From Actinomycetota bacterium (GTDB lineage Bacteria > Actinomycetota > Actinomycetes > Actinomycetales > Microbacteriaceae): a stretch of DNA of 64,000 nt. This document shows positions 28,887 through 38,603 of the stretch, in pieces. A program made the position numbers and the translations under genes. Location of the stretch: contig JAZJZS010000013.1 of the NCBI GenBank assembly GCA_040389685.1, forward strand, positions 107 through 64,106, given 5' to 3'. Every line of letters begins with the position of its first letter. Position 1 is the stretch's first letter. Below the pieces are notes generated by a model. That model saw only the letters and a list, made by a program, of their open reading frames with translations, was not told the origin of the DNA and searched no databases.

Positions 28887-30191
28887 ATGCGCCGACTACT
28901 GCTTGACCTGAGACGTGTGCTTGCTGCGCCGTCGAGGAATCCGCGCATGGCGGTCGTGCTCGGGCGCCTGCTCGGAATCGCCTTCGTCATCACGTTCGCG
29001 ACCGGGCTGTACAGCCGCTTTCTGCAGTCCCCGCTGCCCTGGATGGTGTTCCCCACCGACCCGCGGTGGCTCTACCAGCTGAGCCAGGGCATTCACATCA
29101 CCGTCGGCATCGCCTGTTTCCCGCTGCTCCTCGGCAAGCTCTACGTGGTGTTCCCCCAGCTGTTCCAGACGCCGCCGATCAAGAATTTCGTCGGCTTTCT
29201 CGAGCGGGCGTCGATCGCCGTCTTCGTCTCGGCGTCGCTGGTGCAGATCATGACCGGGCTGCTCAACACCTACCAGTGGTACGTGTTCCCGTTTCCCTTC
29301 AAGCAGACTCATTTCGCCCTCTCCTTCGTGATCATCGGTTCACTCGCCATTCACATCGCGGTCAAACTTCCGGTGATCGCGCGCTACTGGCGACGGTCCC
29401 GCAGTTTCGACGCCGAGGGCAACCTCGTGCTCGATGAGCGGGACCGGCCGCTCACTCTCGCGCAGGTCGCCGCGGAACTCGCCGCGACGACCCCGGAACC
29501 GGTCGGGCCGATCTCGCGCCGTGTCGACGGTGTCACCGGCCGGGTGTTCGACTGGATCGACAGTGCTCCGGCGCGCGTCGACACCCCGAAGCAGGCGCGG
29601 GTCTCCCGGCGGGGATTCGTCGCGACGATCGGGGTGGCCACCGCGGCGGTCGTCGCCCTGACGGCCGGCCAGTCCTTCCGGTTCCTCGACGCGATCAACC
29701 TCTTCGCTCCGCGCAAGAGCTTTCTCGGTCCGAACGAGCTGCCGATCAACCGCACCGCCCGGGCTGCCCAGGTGACGGATGCCGACACCGGCGCGGACTG
29801 GACGCTCACCGTGCGTCGCGGCGATGTCGTCAACACCTACAGCCGGGCCGACCTCGAAACGATGCCGCTGCGGACGGTCGACCTGCCGATCGCCTGCGTG
29901 GAGGGGTGGAGCCAGCTGGCGACCTGGCGGGGGGTGCGCCTGCGCGACCTTCTTGATGCCGTCGGGGCGCAACCGGACGAGGACCTGCGGCTGACCAGCC
30001 TGGAGAAATCGGGTCGTTTTCGGGTGACGGAGATGGGCTACGAGTTCGCTCAGGACGATCTGACCCTGGTGGCGCTCGAGCTCAACGGCGCACCGTTGGA
30101 CATCGACCATGGCTTCCCGGCCCGCATGATCGCTCCGGCTCGACCCGGGGTGCTCCAAACCAAGTGGCTCTCCAGCCTGGAAGTGATCTGA
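28887..30191 (+). CDS. Membrane-anchored molybdopterin oxidoreductase (MsrP/YedY-like) with N-terminal cytochrome b-like TM domain
   Basis: Mo-ligand motif IACVEGWS, HGFPARMIAP...KWL; TM His residues (GIHI, QTHF, AIHI); internal SRRGFV Tat motif; no C-terminal Ig domain. Confidence 0.85.
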   Translation: MRRLLLDLRRVLAAPSRNPRMAVVLGRLLGIAFVITFATGLYSRFLQSPLPWMVFPTDPRWLYQLSQGIHITVGIACFPLLLGKLYVVFPQLFQTPPIKNFVGFLERASIAVFVSASLVQIMTGLLNTYQWYVFPFPFKQTHFALSFVIIGSLAIHIAVKLPVIARYWRRSRSFDAEGNLVLDERDRPLTLAQVAAELAATTPEPVGPISRRVDGVTGRVFDWIDSAPARVDTPKQARVSRRGFVATIGVATAAVVALTAGQSFRFLDAINLFAPRKSFLGPNELPINRTARAAQVTDADTGADWTLTVRRGDVVNTYSRADLETMPLRTVDLPIACVEGWSQLATWRGVRLRDLLDAVGAQPDEDLRLTSLEKSGRFRVTEMGYEFAQDDLTLVALELNGAPLDIDHGFPARMIAPARPGVLQTKWLSSLEVI

Positions 30192-30655
30192 TGCGAGTCG
30201 ACTCGATGAAGGCCTGGCGCACCGCGCTCGTCGTGCTCGGGGTGCTGTTGCTTGCGCTCGGCGCGTACGTAATGGTCGACACGGTGAAGCCGGTGAAGAT
30301 CGCCGGCATCGCCCTGTGGTTCCTGCTCGCCCTGATCGTGCACGACGGGATCATAGCCTTCTTCACTTTCGGCGTGTCGTTCCTGCTCCGCAAGGCCGGG
30401 CGGCGGATGCCGATCGCCGTGCTCGCGATCGTGCAGGCCGCCCTCGTGGTGAGTTCGGTGTTCGCGATCATCGTGATCCCGGCGGTCTACAAGAAGTCGA
30501 TCGGCACGAAGAACCCCACGGTGCTGCCGCTCGACTACGGTCCGTCGCTCGTGATCCTCTGGGGCGTCATCGCTGTGCTGACGGCTCTCGCGGTGGTCGG
30601 CTACAGCGCCTTCGCGAGGCGGCAGAAGGACCGGCCGCCCGTCTCCCAGGCCTGA
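30191..30655 (+). CDS. Four-TM hypothetical membrane protein coupled to the molybdoenzyme gene
   Basis: TGATG overlap with upstream stop; HDG motif in TM2. Confidence 0.75.
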   Translation: MRVDSMKAWRTALVVLGVLLLALGAYVMVDTVKPVKIAGIALWFLLALIVHDGIIAFFTFGVSFLLRKAGRRMPIAVLAIVQAALVVSSVFAIIVIPAVYKKSIGTKNPTVLPLDYGPSLVILWGVIAVLTALAVVGYSAFARRQKDRPPVSQA

Positions 30656-31278
30656 TCGAGGCGCAGCCCGAGCCGCCCGGCGCGGCGCACGAGGGCGGTT
30701 TCCCCGATCTCGGCCCACGGGAACGCGTCGCTCTGATGTCCGCGGATGTCGACGACTGTGCCGTCGTACATGTGGTCGCGCAGGGGCTCGGCGTGCACTT
30801 CGACGATGATTACGCCGTCGGACGCGATCAGTTGGGCACACCGCTCGAGCAATGCCGTCGGATCTCCACCGATTCCGATGTTGCCGTCCACCAGCAGGGC
30901 GGCCCCCCAGAGTCCCTCCCGGGGGAGCCGCTCGAAGACCGAACGGTTGAGCACCATCAACCCCGACTCGCGGGCGATCTCCACGGCGGTCTCCGACACG
31001 TCGATGCCGAGAGCCGTCAGCCCCCGATGCATGGCCGCACGCACCATCCGTCCCGGCCCGCAGCCGATGTCGAGCACGGCACCGCGGATGCCGTCGAGAA
31101 GGCCGAGGTCCGCAGCATCCGCCGCATCATTCCAGCGGGAGACGTCCATGGCGCGGGACGGGGTGAGCGAGTCGGAGTCGACGTCGCGCAGGTAGAGAAC
31201 CTGGTCGTCGCGGCGAAGCGCGCGCGCGTACGGCTCTGCCCCTCCCGACCCGAAGGTCGCGAAGGCCGGGTCGCTCAT
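30601..31278 (-). CDS. Class I SAM-dependent methyltransferase
   Basis: VLDIGCGPGR, GIDVS, LLVDGNIGIGGDP. Confidence 0.85.
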   Translation of the reverse strand: MSDPAFATFGSGGAEPYARALRRDDQVLYLRDVDSDSLTPSRAMDVSRWNDAADAADLGLLDGIRGAVLDIGCGPGRMVRAAMHRGLTALGIDVSETAVEIARESGLMVLNRSVFERLPREGLWGAALLVDGNIGIGGDPTALLERCAQLIASDGVIIVEVHAEPLRDHMYDGTVVDIRGHQSDAFPWAEIGETALVRRAGRLGLRLDQAWETGGRSFCRLAKAL

Positions 31279-31904
31279 CGGTTCGCCCCCGCAGGGAACG
31301 TCCCGAGAGTGCGGGCGAATTCGGTGTGCGGGGCGAGGCCAGCGACCAGGCGGGCATCGTCGATGGTGTCGACGTCGACGAGTTCTGGAAGCAGCTTCAC
31401 CCGCAGTCCAGCCTCGGTGAGTCGATCGAGCTGCCGTTTCCCGGTGTCATGCCGGGACATCGGGATGCCGCGGATCAGCGAGCCGTCGGGCTCCGCCATC
31501 GCGATCATCCAGTAGCCGCCGTCGTTGGCGAAACCGAGCGCGGCGTCGAAATCGGTTGGCCACACGCCGAAGAGCGACGCGAGCGTCGCGGCTTCGAGCT
31601 GGGGTGTATCCATTCCGACCAGCACGGTCGGCCCAACACACTCGTCGAATATCGCTCCGAGCCGGCTGTCCAGCTCCCCGTTCACTTGGTGTCTCACGTC
31701 GTATGGTTCGGAGCCGAGCGGCAAAAGGTTGCCATCGAAGAGCAGAATTCGCCGGGACGCTTCCAGGGTGCTCACCGCACGGAAGGTGTCGGAGAGGCTA
31801 GCGGAGGCCAGCTCCGCTGCCTGTTCGAGGCTGAGTGGGGGGTGCAGTCGTGTCTTCACTCGCCCGGGGACGCATTCCTTGGCGATGATGACGAGGGTGG
31901 TCAC
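31275..31904 (-). CDS. DUF2064/TIGR04282-like protein (CofC/MobA-like nucleotidyltransferase fold)
   Basis: IIAKECVPGRVKTRL, QVNGELDSRL, LVGMDTPQL, GFANDGGYW, LVDVDTIDD; GTGA overlap with GT2 stop. Confidence 0.85.
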   Translation of the reverse strand: MTTLVIIAKECVPGRVKTRLHPPLSLEQAAELASASLSDTFRAVSTLEASRRILLFDGNLLPLGSEPYDVRHQVNGELDSRLGAIFDECVGPTVLVGMDTPQLEAATLASLFGVWPTDFDAALGFANDGGYWMIAMAEPDGSLIRGIPMSRHDTGKRQLDRLTEAGLRVKLLPELVDVDTIDDARLVAGLAPHTEFARTLGTFPAGANR

Positions 31905-32569
31905 CGGGTTTTCGCTTTCAGCAGTCGCGACATGTCGGCGATGGCCACGACCGTGCCGCGGATCGTGCCGGTGACCTTGGAACGACCGATTCGGGGGGAG
32001 TATGGCGTCGGCAGTTCGACGATCGTCCACCCCGCGTTCGACGCCTTCAGCACCATTTCCAGCGGATAGCCGCTGCGACGGTCGACGAGGTCGAGGGCCA
32101 GCAACGATTCCCGGCGGGCCGCGCGCATCGGGCCGAGGTCGTGCAACGGCACCCCGGTGGCGCGCCGCATGAGCGCCGCGAGCACGAAGTTCGCGAATCG
32201 AGCGTGCAGCGGCCAGGCTCCCCGGCTCGTCGGTCGCCGTCGACCGAGCGCAAGATCCGTGGCGCCGCTGTGCACGAGGGCGATGAGCGGAGGAAGATCC
32301 CGCGGATCCATCGAGGCGTCGGCATCGCAGAACGCCACGATCGGGGCTGACGATGCCAGAAGTCCCGCATGGGCCGCCGATCCGAATCCCCGGCGGGATT
32401 CCCGCACGACGAGTGCTCCCGCCGCCTCGGCCACGGCGGCCGAATTGTCGGTCGAACCGTTGTCCACGACGATCCCCCGGTACCCCTCGGGCAGCCGCGC
32501 GAGCACCCAGGGGAGCGCACCCTCCTCGTTCAGACAGGGTAGAACGACATCGACGAGCGGGAGGGTCAC
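31901..32569 (-). CDS. GT2 polyprenol-phosphate sugar synthase (Dpm1/Ppm1-like; MtxS-like)
   Basis: VVLPCLNEE, VVDNGSTD, RRGFGSA, FCDADAS, DLGPMRA, RIGRSKVTG. Confidence 0.9.
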   Translation of the reverse strand: MTLPLVDVVLPCLNEEGALPWVLARLPEGYRGIVVDNGSTDNSAAVAEAAGALVVRESRRGFGSAAHAGLLASSAPIVAFCDADASMDPRDLPPLIALVHSGATDLALGRRRPTSRGAWPLHARFANFVLAALMRRATGVPLHDLGPMRAARRESLLALDLVDRRSGYPLEMVLKASNAGWTIVELPTPYSPRIGRSKVTGTIRGTVVAIADMSRLLKAKTR

Positions 32570-32692
32570 GCTTCTTACCCTAGGTTGCCGCGGATGCGGG
32601 TTTCGCCGCCCGCGGATTACGAATTGCTGACCGATCGCCCCGGCCGCCGCATCCGGGGCTGTTTTCCCGGGCGGTCGACCTATCCTGAACGG

Positions 32693-33472
32693 GTGAGCAC
32701 GTCACGCGCGACTGCGCCATCCGCACGCAGAGTCCCGGCCGCCGAAGAGGCCGGACCGTTCAGCGGCCCGGATCCGCTTCGTGACCGCCGCATCCTGGTG
32801 GTGGATGACGACGCCACCGTCTCCGAGGTCGTCTGCAGTTACCTGCGCTCGGCCGGCTTCATCGTCGAGAGCGCGTTCGACGGAATCAGCGCCGTCGAGA
32901 CGGCTGCGCGCATCCGCCCCGATCTCGTGGTGCTCGACCGCATGCTGCCCGGAATCGACGGGGTGGAGGTGTGTCGTCGCATCCGTGCCGAACGTCCCGT
33001 TCCGGTGATCATGCTCACGGCACTTCGGGAGGAAGAGGATCGTATCGACGGACTCGAGGCAGGTGCCGACGACTACCTCGCCAAGCCGTTCTCGCCGCGC
33101 GAACTCGTGCTGCGGGTGAAGTCCATCCTGCGTCGAAGCCTGCCCGAGTTTTCACCAGAGTCCGCGGTGGATGTGGGCGAGTTCCATCTCGACGTGGCGT
33201 CTCGCCAGGTGAGCCTGCGCGGAGAGCCGCTCGCGCTTACGATCCGCGAATTCGACCTGCTCGCCTTCCTGCTGAAGCATCCGCGCCAGGTTTTCGGCCG
33301 GGAAGAACTGTTGCGCGCGGTGTGGGGATGGGAGTTCGGCGACCTCTCCACCGTCACCGTGCACGTGCGGCGGCTGCGGGAAAAGGTCGAACGGGATGCC
33401 GCGCATCCCGCCCTGCTTGCCACGGTCTGGGGCGTCGGCTATCGATTCGACATACCGGCGGTCGGCTCATGA
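32693..33472 (+). CDS. OmpR-family response regulator
   Basis: ILVVDDD, VVLDRMLPG, MLTA, DYLAKPFSPREL, LTIREFDLL, TVTVHVRRLREK, GVGYRF. Confidence 0.95.
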   Translation: MSTSRATAPSARRVPAAEEAGPFSGPDPLRDRRILVVDDDATVSEVVCSYLRSAGFIVESAFDGISAVETAARIRPDLVVLDRMLPGIDGVEVCRRIRAERPVPVIMLTALREEEDRIDGLEAGADDYLAKPFSPRELVLRVKSILRRSLPEFSPESAVDVGEFHLDVASRQVSLRGEPLALTIREFDLLAFLLKHPRQVFGREELLRAVWGWEFGDLSTVTVHVRRLREKVERDAAHPALLATVWGVGYRFDIPAVGS

Positions 33473-34641
33473 GCCTGACCGACCTGCTCACCGTGTCGTT
33501 GATGGCGCTCGGATTCGCCGTGGTGGTCGGTGCCGTCTCGCTCGTGGTCCTTCGCTTCATGACCCGCAGTTCGCTGGTGTTGCAGTTCTGTGTCGTCGTG
33601 TTCGCGGCGGTGCTCTCGATCGCCGGGGGGATGTGGCTCGCCGCCTCGGTGATGTTCGTGACGCCCCAGGACCTGACTGTGCTACTTTCGGTGGCCGCGA
33701 TCGCCGGACTCGTCTCGTTGTCGCTCGCCGCCCTGCTCGGTCGCTCGCTCGTGCGAAACAGCCGCCAACTGATCGCGGCGACCCGGCGTATCGGCACCGA
33801 CCAGGCGATGACCGAGCCGGTGCGCCACTCGAGCAACGAGTTCGCGGCCGTCGCCCTCGAACTGACCGCAGCCAACCGTCGGCTCGCCGAATCGCGGGCG
33901 AGGGAGGCGCTGGCGGAGCATTCGCGACGCGAACTCGTGGCCTGGATCTCGCACGACCTGCGCACCCCGCTCGCCGGCATCCGCGCCATGGCCGAAGCCC
34001 TCGAAGACGGCATGGTCGACGAGCCGGAACGCTATTACACGAAGGTGCGCAGCCAGGTGGATCGGATGAGCGGCATGGTCGACGACCTCAACGAACTGTC
34101 GCGCATCCACTCCGGGTCGCTGCGCCTGTCGATGCAGAAGGTGTCGCTCTACGACCTGATCAGCGACGTGGTGGCCGAGCTCGGCCCGTTCGCCGAGTCC
34201 CGCTCCATCTCGCTCGTCGGCGACGGTGCACGGGAGTTGACGATCCTCGCCGACCCGAGGGAGCTCTCCCGGGTGGTCGGCAACCTCGTGATGAACTCGA
34301 TCCAGCATTCACCAGAGGGCAGCCCGATCACCGTCAGCGCCCGGCAGAGCGATGACGGGCTCGCGGTGATTTCGGTGATCGACGCGGCCGGCGGCATCCC
34401 GGAAAAAGATCTCGGCCGGGTTTTCGAGGCCGGTTGGCGGGCCAGCAACTCGCGCACTCCCGAAACGGCGACCGCCAGGTCCGGCGGCGCCGGGCTCGGG
34501 CTCGCGATCGTGCAGGGCATCGTGCAGGCTCACCGCGGCCGGGTCGTCGTGCAGAACGTGCCAGGCGGATGCCGCTTCGACGTGTTCCTCCCGCCGAGCC
34601 CGGTCGACGGCCCATCCGGCACGGTGGCGGTGACCGCATGA
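33469..34641 (+). CDS. Sensor histidine kinase (HAMP-HisKA-HATPase), no large extracytoplasmic domain
   Basis: WISHDLRTPL, NLVMNSIQHS, DAAGGI, GAGLGLAIVQGIV; ~3 N-terminal TMs. Confidence 0.95.
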   Translation: MSLTDLLTVSLMALGFAVVVGAVSLVVLRFMTRSSLVLQFCVVVFAAVLSIAGGMWLAASVMFVTPQDLTVLLSVAAIAGLVSLSLAALLGRSLVRNSRQLIAATRRIGTDQAMTEPVRHSSNEFAAVALELTAANRRLAESRAREALAEHSRRELVAWISHDLRTPLAGIRAMAEALEDGMVDEPERYYTKVRSQVDRMSGMVDDLNELSRIHSGSLRLSMQKVSLYDLISDVVAELGPFAESRSISLVGDGARELTILADPRELSRVVGNLVMNSIQHSPEGSPITVSARQSDDGLAVISVIDAAGGIPEKDLGRVFEAGWRASNSRTPETATARSGGAGLGLAIVQGIVQAHRGRVVVQNVPGGCRFDVFLPPSPVDGPSGTVAVTA

Positions 34642-36227
34642 GCGTCGACGCCCCGCGGCTGGCCGGACTCGGCGGGCGAGCCGTCACCGCCCTGGCGGCC
34701 GCCGCCGGGGTGGTTTCCGCCGCCGTCGTGCTCGGCACCGCAGAACTCGTCTCCCTCGTCGTCGGCCCGGCCGGGAGCCCGCTGTTCGCGGTCGGATCGC
34801 TCGTGATCGACCTCGCACCGGCCGGCGTCAAGGACTTCATGATCGCGGTCTTCGGCACCGGGGACAAGGCGGCGCTCCTCACGCTCATGGGCGTCCTCAT
34901 CGTCGTGGTCTCCGCCTCGGCCGGCGTGCTCGAATCTCGTCGACCGCCGTTCGGAGTGATCGTGATCGGCATCGGCGGTGCGGTCGCTCTCATCGCCGTC
35001 CTCACCCGCGCCGGGGCGACCGGCTTCACCGGGATCGCCACCATCGTCGGGACAGTCACCGGTGTCGTGGTGCTCCGCCTCGCGACCGAACGGCTCGGCC
35101 GCTGGCAGCGGGCCGCCGAGCGTCCCGGTGCGGGCGGCCCGGCCGCCGGGCCGCAGCTCGAGCGGCGACGCTTTCTCACCCTCGCGATCGTCGCGGGTGC
35201 GACATCCGTCGTCGTCGGCACCGGGGCGAGGATCCTCAACGCGAGTGCGAGCAAGGCCGCGGCCATCCGCACGAAGCTGACCCTGCCGAAGGCGGCGGTG
35301 CCCGCGGACCCGGTACCGGCCGGAGCCACCATCGATGTGCCGGGAATCTCCTCCTTCGTCACGTCGAACGCGGACTTCTACCGCATCGACACGGCCCTCC
35401 AGGTGCCGTCGATCGATCCGGCCACCTGGATGCTGAAGATCACCGGCCTGGTGGCTAACGAGGTCTCGCTCAGTTTCGCCGACCTGCTCGCCAAGCCGCT
35501 TGAGGAGCATCTCGCGACCCTCACCTGTGTGTCGAATGATGTGGGCGGCGACCTCATCGGCAACGCGCTCTGGCTCGGCTACCCGATTCGCGAGCTGCTC
35601 GCCGAGGCGGCGCCGAAGGCGGGAGCCGACATGGTGCTCTCCACCAGTGTGGACGGCTTCACCGCCGGCACGCCGCTGTCGGTGCTGCAGGACGCGGGAA
35701 CCAACGCCATGCTCGCGGTGGGTATGAACGGTGAGGCCTTGCCGCTCGAACACGGGTTCCCGGTGCGGATGGTCGTGCCTGGACTCTACGGATACGTCTC
35801 GGCGACCAAATGGGTGGTTGAGCTCAAGGTGACGAAGTTCTCCGAAGACCAGGGGTACTGGACTCCGCGCGGTTGGGACGCGAAGGGCCCGATCAAGCTC
35901 GCCTCCCGCATCGACACGCCCCTCACCGGGTCGTCCGTTTCGGCCGGCACCGTCACCATCGCTGGGGTGGCCTGGGAGCAGCACGTCGGGGTGAAGGCCG
36001 TGGAGGTACGGGTGGATGACGGCCCGTGGGTGGAGGCGACCCTCGCCGATTCGATCTCCGCCGACACCTGGCGCCAGTGGGTGTACCGCTGGTCGGCCGG
36101 GAAGGGCTCGCACCGCATCCAGGTGCGCGCGACGGATGCGAATGGGGCGACCCAGGGGCAGGCCTACCGGCCACCGGCTCCCAATGGCGCCGAGGGCTGG
36201 CACGAGATCCAGGTCGACGTCAACTGA
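34638..36227 (+). CDS. Membrane-anchored molybdopterin oxidoreductase, sulfite oxidase/SorA-like with C-terminal Ig dimerisation domain
   Basis: FYRIDTAL, TLTCVSN, HGFPVRMVVPGLYGYVSATKWV, GVAW...VEVRVD...WRQW; ~5 TMs then ERRRFL Tat motif. Confidence 0.9.
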   Translation: MSVDAPRLAGLGGRAVTALAAAAGVVSAAVVLGTAELVSLVVGPAGSPLFAVGSLVIDLAPAGVKDFMIAVFGTGDKAALLTLMGVLIVVVSASAGVLESRRPPFGVIVIGIGGAVALIAVLTRAGATGFTGIATIVGTVTGVVVLRLATERLGRWQRAAERPGAGGPAAGPQLERRRFLTLAIVAGATSVVVGTGARILNASASKAAAIRTKLTLPKAAVPADPVPAGATIDVPGISSFVTSNADFYRIDTALQVPSIDPATWMLKITGLVANEVSLSFADLLAKPLEEHLATLTCVSNDVGGDLIGNALWLGYPIRELLAEAAPKAGADMVLSTSVDGFTAGTPLSVLQDAGTNAMLAVGMNGEALPLEHGFPVRMVVPGLYGYVSATKWVVELKVTKFSEDQGYWTPRGWDAKGPIKLASRIDTPLTGSSVSAGTVTIAGVAWEQHVGVKAVEVRVDDGPWVEATLADSISADTWRQWVYRWSAGKGSHRIQVRATDANGATQGQAYRPPAPNGAEGWHEIQVDVN

Positions 36228-36233
36228 CGTTCA

Positions 36234-37300
<1,067 letters not shown>

Positions 37301-37304
<4 letters not shown>

Positions 37305-38185
37305 ATCGCCTCCCTCGCCCCGTTCACCGGTTTCGCCAGCAGCGGTCTGGCCTGCACCGGCCTGGCCAGTACCGCCTCGACCTCGGCCGGGTCTATGCTC
37401 TGCCGAGGACTGTACCCCTCCGGCAACGCGCGGATGATCGCCTCGATCGCCGCGACGATGCGCGGCTGGGCTTCGGCGAGGCGACGCATCACGAGGGCGT
37501 GGCTCACGGCATCCGGGTCCGCTTCGCCGGGGCGGGGAGCCAGTCCCGCATCGCTGTCGGTCACGAACGAGAGGTTGACCGTGTCGATGTTGAGCTCGGC
37601 GGCGAGCGGCACCTCGGGGTACATCGTCATGTTGACGATGTGTGCACCCGCCGCGGCGAACCACAGCGACTCGGCGCGGGTGGAAAATCGTGGACCCTGG
37701 ATCACCACGACCGTGCCGGAGTTCTTGACTGGCTCCCCGGCCAGTGCCCGTGCGGCAATGTCGTGCAGCTCCGGCGGGAAGGGATCGGCCGCGGCGAGAT
37801 GCTGCACGGAACCCTGGTCGAAGAAGGTATCAGGGCGACCGTTAGTGCGGTCGATGAATTGGTCCGTGAGCACGAGGGTGCCCGGCGGGTAGTCGGCGGT
37901 CACGCCGCCCACCGCGGAGGAGGAGAGGATGACGCGCACCCCGAGGCTCGCGAGCGCCCAGATGTTCGCGCGGTAGTTGATGAGGTGCGGTGCCACGGAG
38001 TGATCGACGCCGTGCCGGGTGAGGAACGCCGTGCGTCGTCCGCCGAGTTCGCCGAGTGTGACCTCGGTAGGTCCGTACGGGGTGTCGATGCGGCGCTTCT
38101 CGCTCTGGGCCGGATCGAACAGGGAGTACAGGCCGGAGCCCCCGATGACGGCTACGGACGCTTCGGGGACGGAGGGGGAAGTCAT
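37301..38185 (-). CDS. mtnP: 5'-methylthioadenosine phosphorylase
   Basis: AVIGGSG, LTRHG..H, NYRANIWAL, DQFIDRT, QGPRFSTRAES, NMT..PE..LA.EL, VTDSD (MTAP DxD). Confidence 0.88.
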
Positions 38186-38603
38186 CCCCCCATTGTTCCA
38201 GCGTTCTAAGTGCATGCGTTAGGAGTGCGCAACCGGTGCGCGGCGGATTCCTACGGCAGGGTGCTCGTTCCGGGTCGGTTTCGATCGGCTGGGGCCGGTC
38301 CGCGGTCCCCTACGTCGCACCCGCGACTTCGGGCCGTGCCCTTTCGTGCCGTCTCGCCGGTCCTGCCTCTTCAGACCGTTTCTCTTCGGACTGTCTTGCC
38401 GCACCGTTCCGATTCGACTCGACTCGGGGGTAACGCGCGACTCGATTCCGACGAAGGGCGGGCCCAGACGATCGGATTCGATCGACAAGGAAAGGCAAAT
38501 CAGGGTCCACCTTTTCGCCGAGTGACGCGACCTGAGTCACCCCCACATTGCGCCCAGAGCGAGACCGAACCGCGTTCGACTCCCCACCGGCTACAGTCGT
38601 TCA

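Noticed and set aside
31275-32569. Arsenosugar or selenosugar pathway suggested by the TIGR04282/DUF2064 label
   Set aside because: No radical SAM enzyme, recognisable ArsM, selenophosphate synthetase or ars genes are present. MTAP plus epimerase plus GT-C fits the MTX set better.
28826-32625. Shared OmpR-type direct-repeat boxes at island promoters (GTTCGG-N5-GTAAGA at ~28826; GTCAGC-N5-GTAATC on the minus strand at ~32610)
   Set aside because: Too degenerate and not consistently found at the other promoters; indistinguishable from chance without motif statistics.
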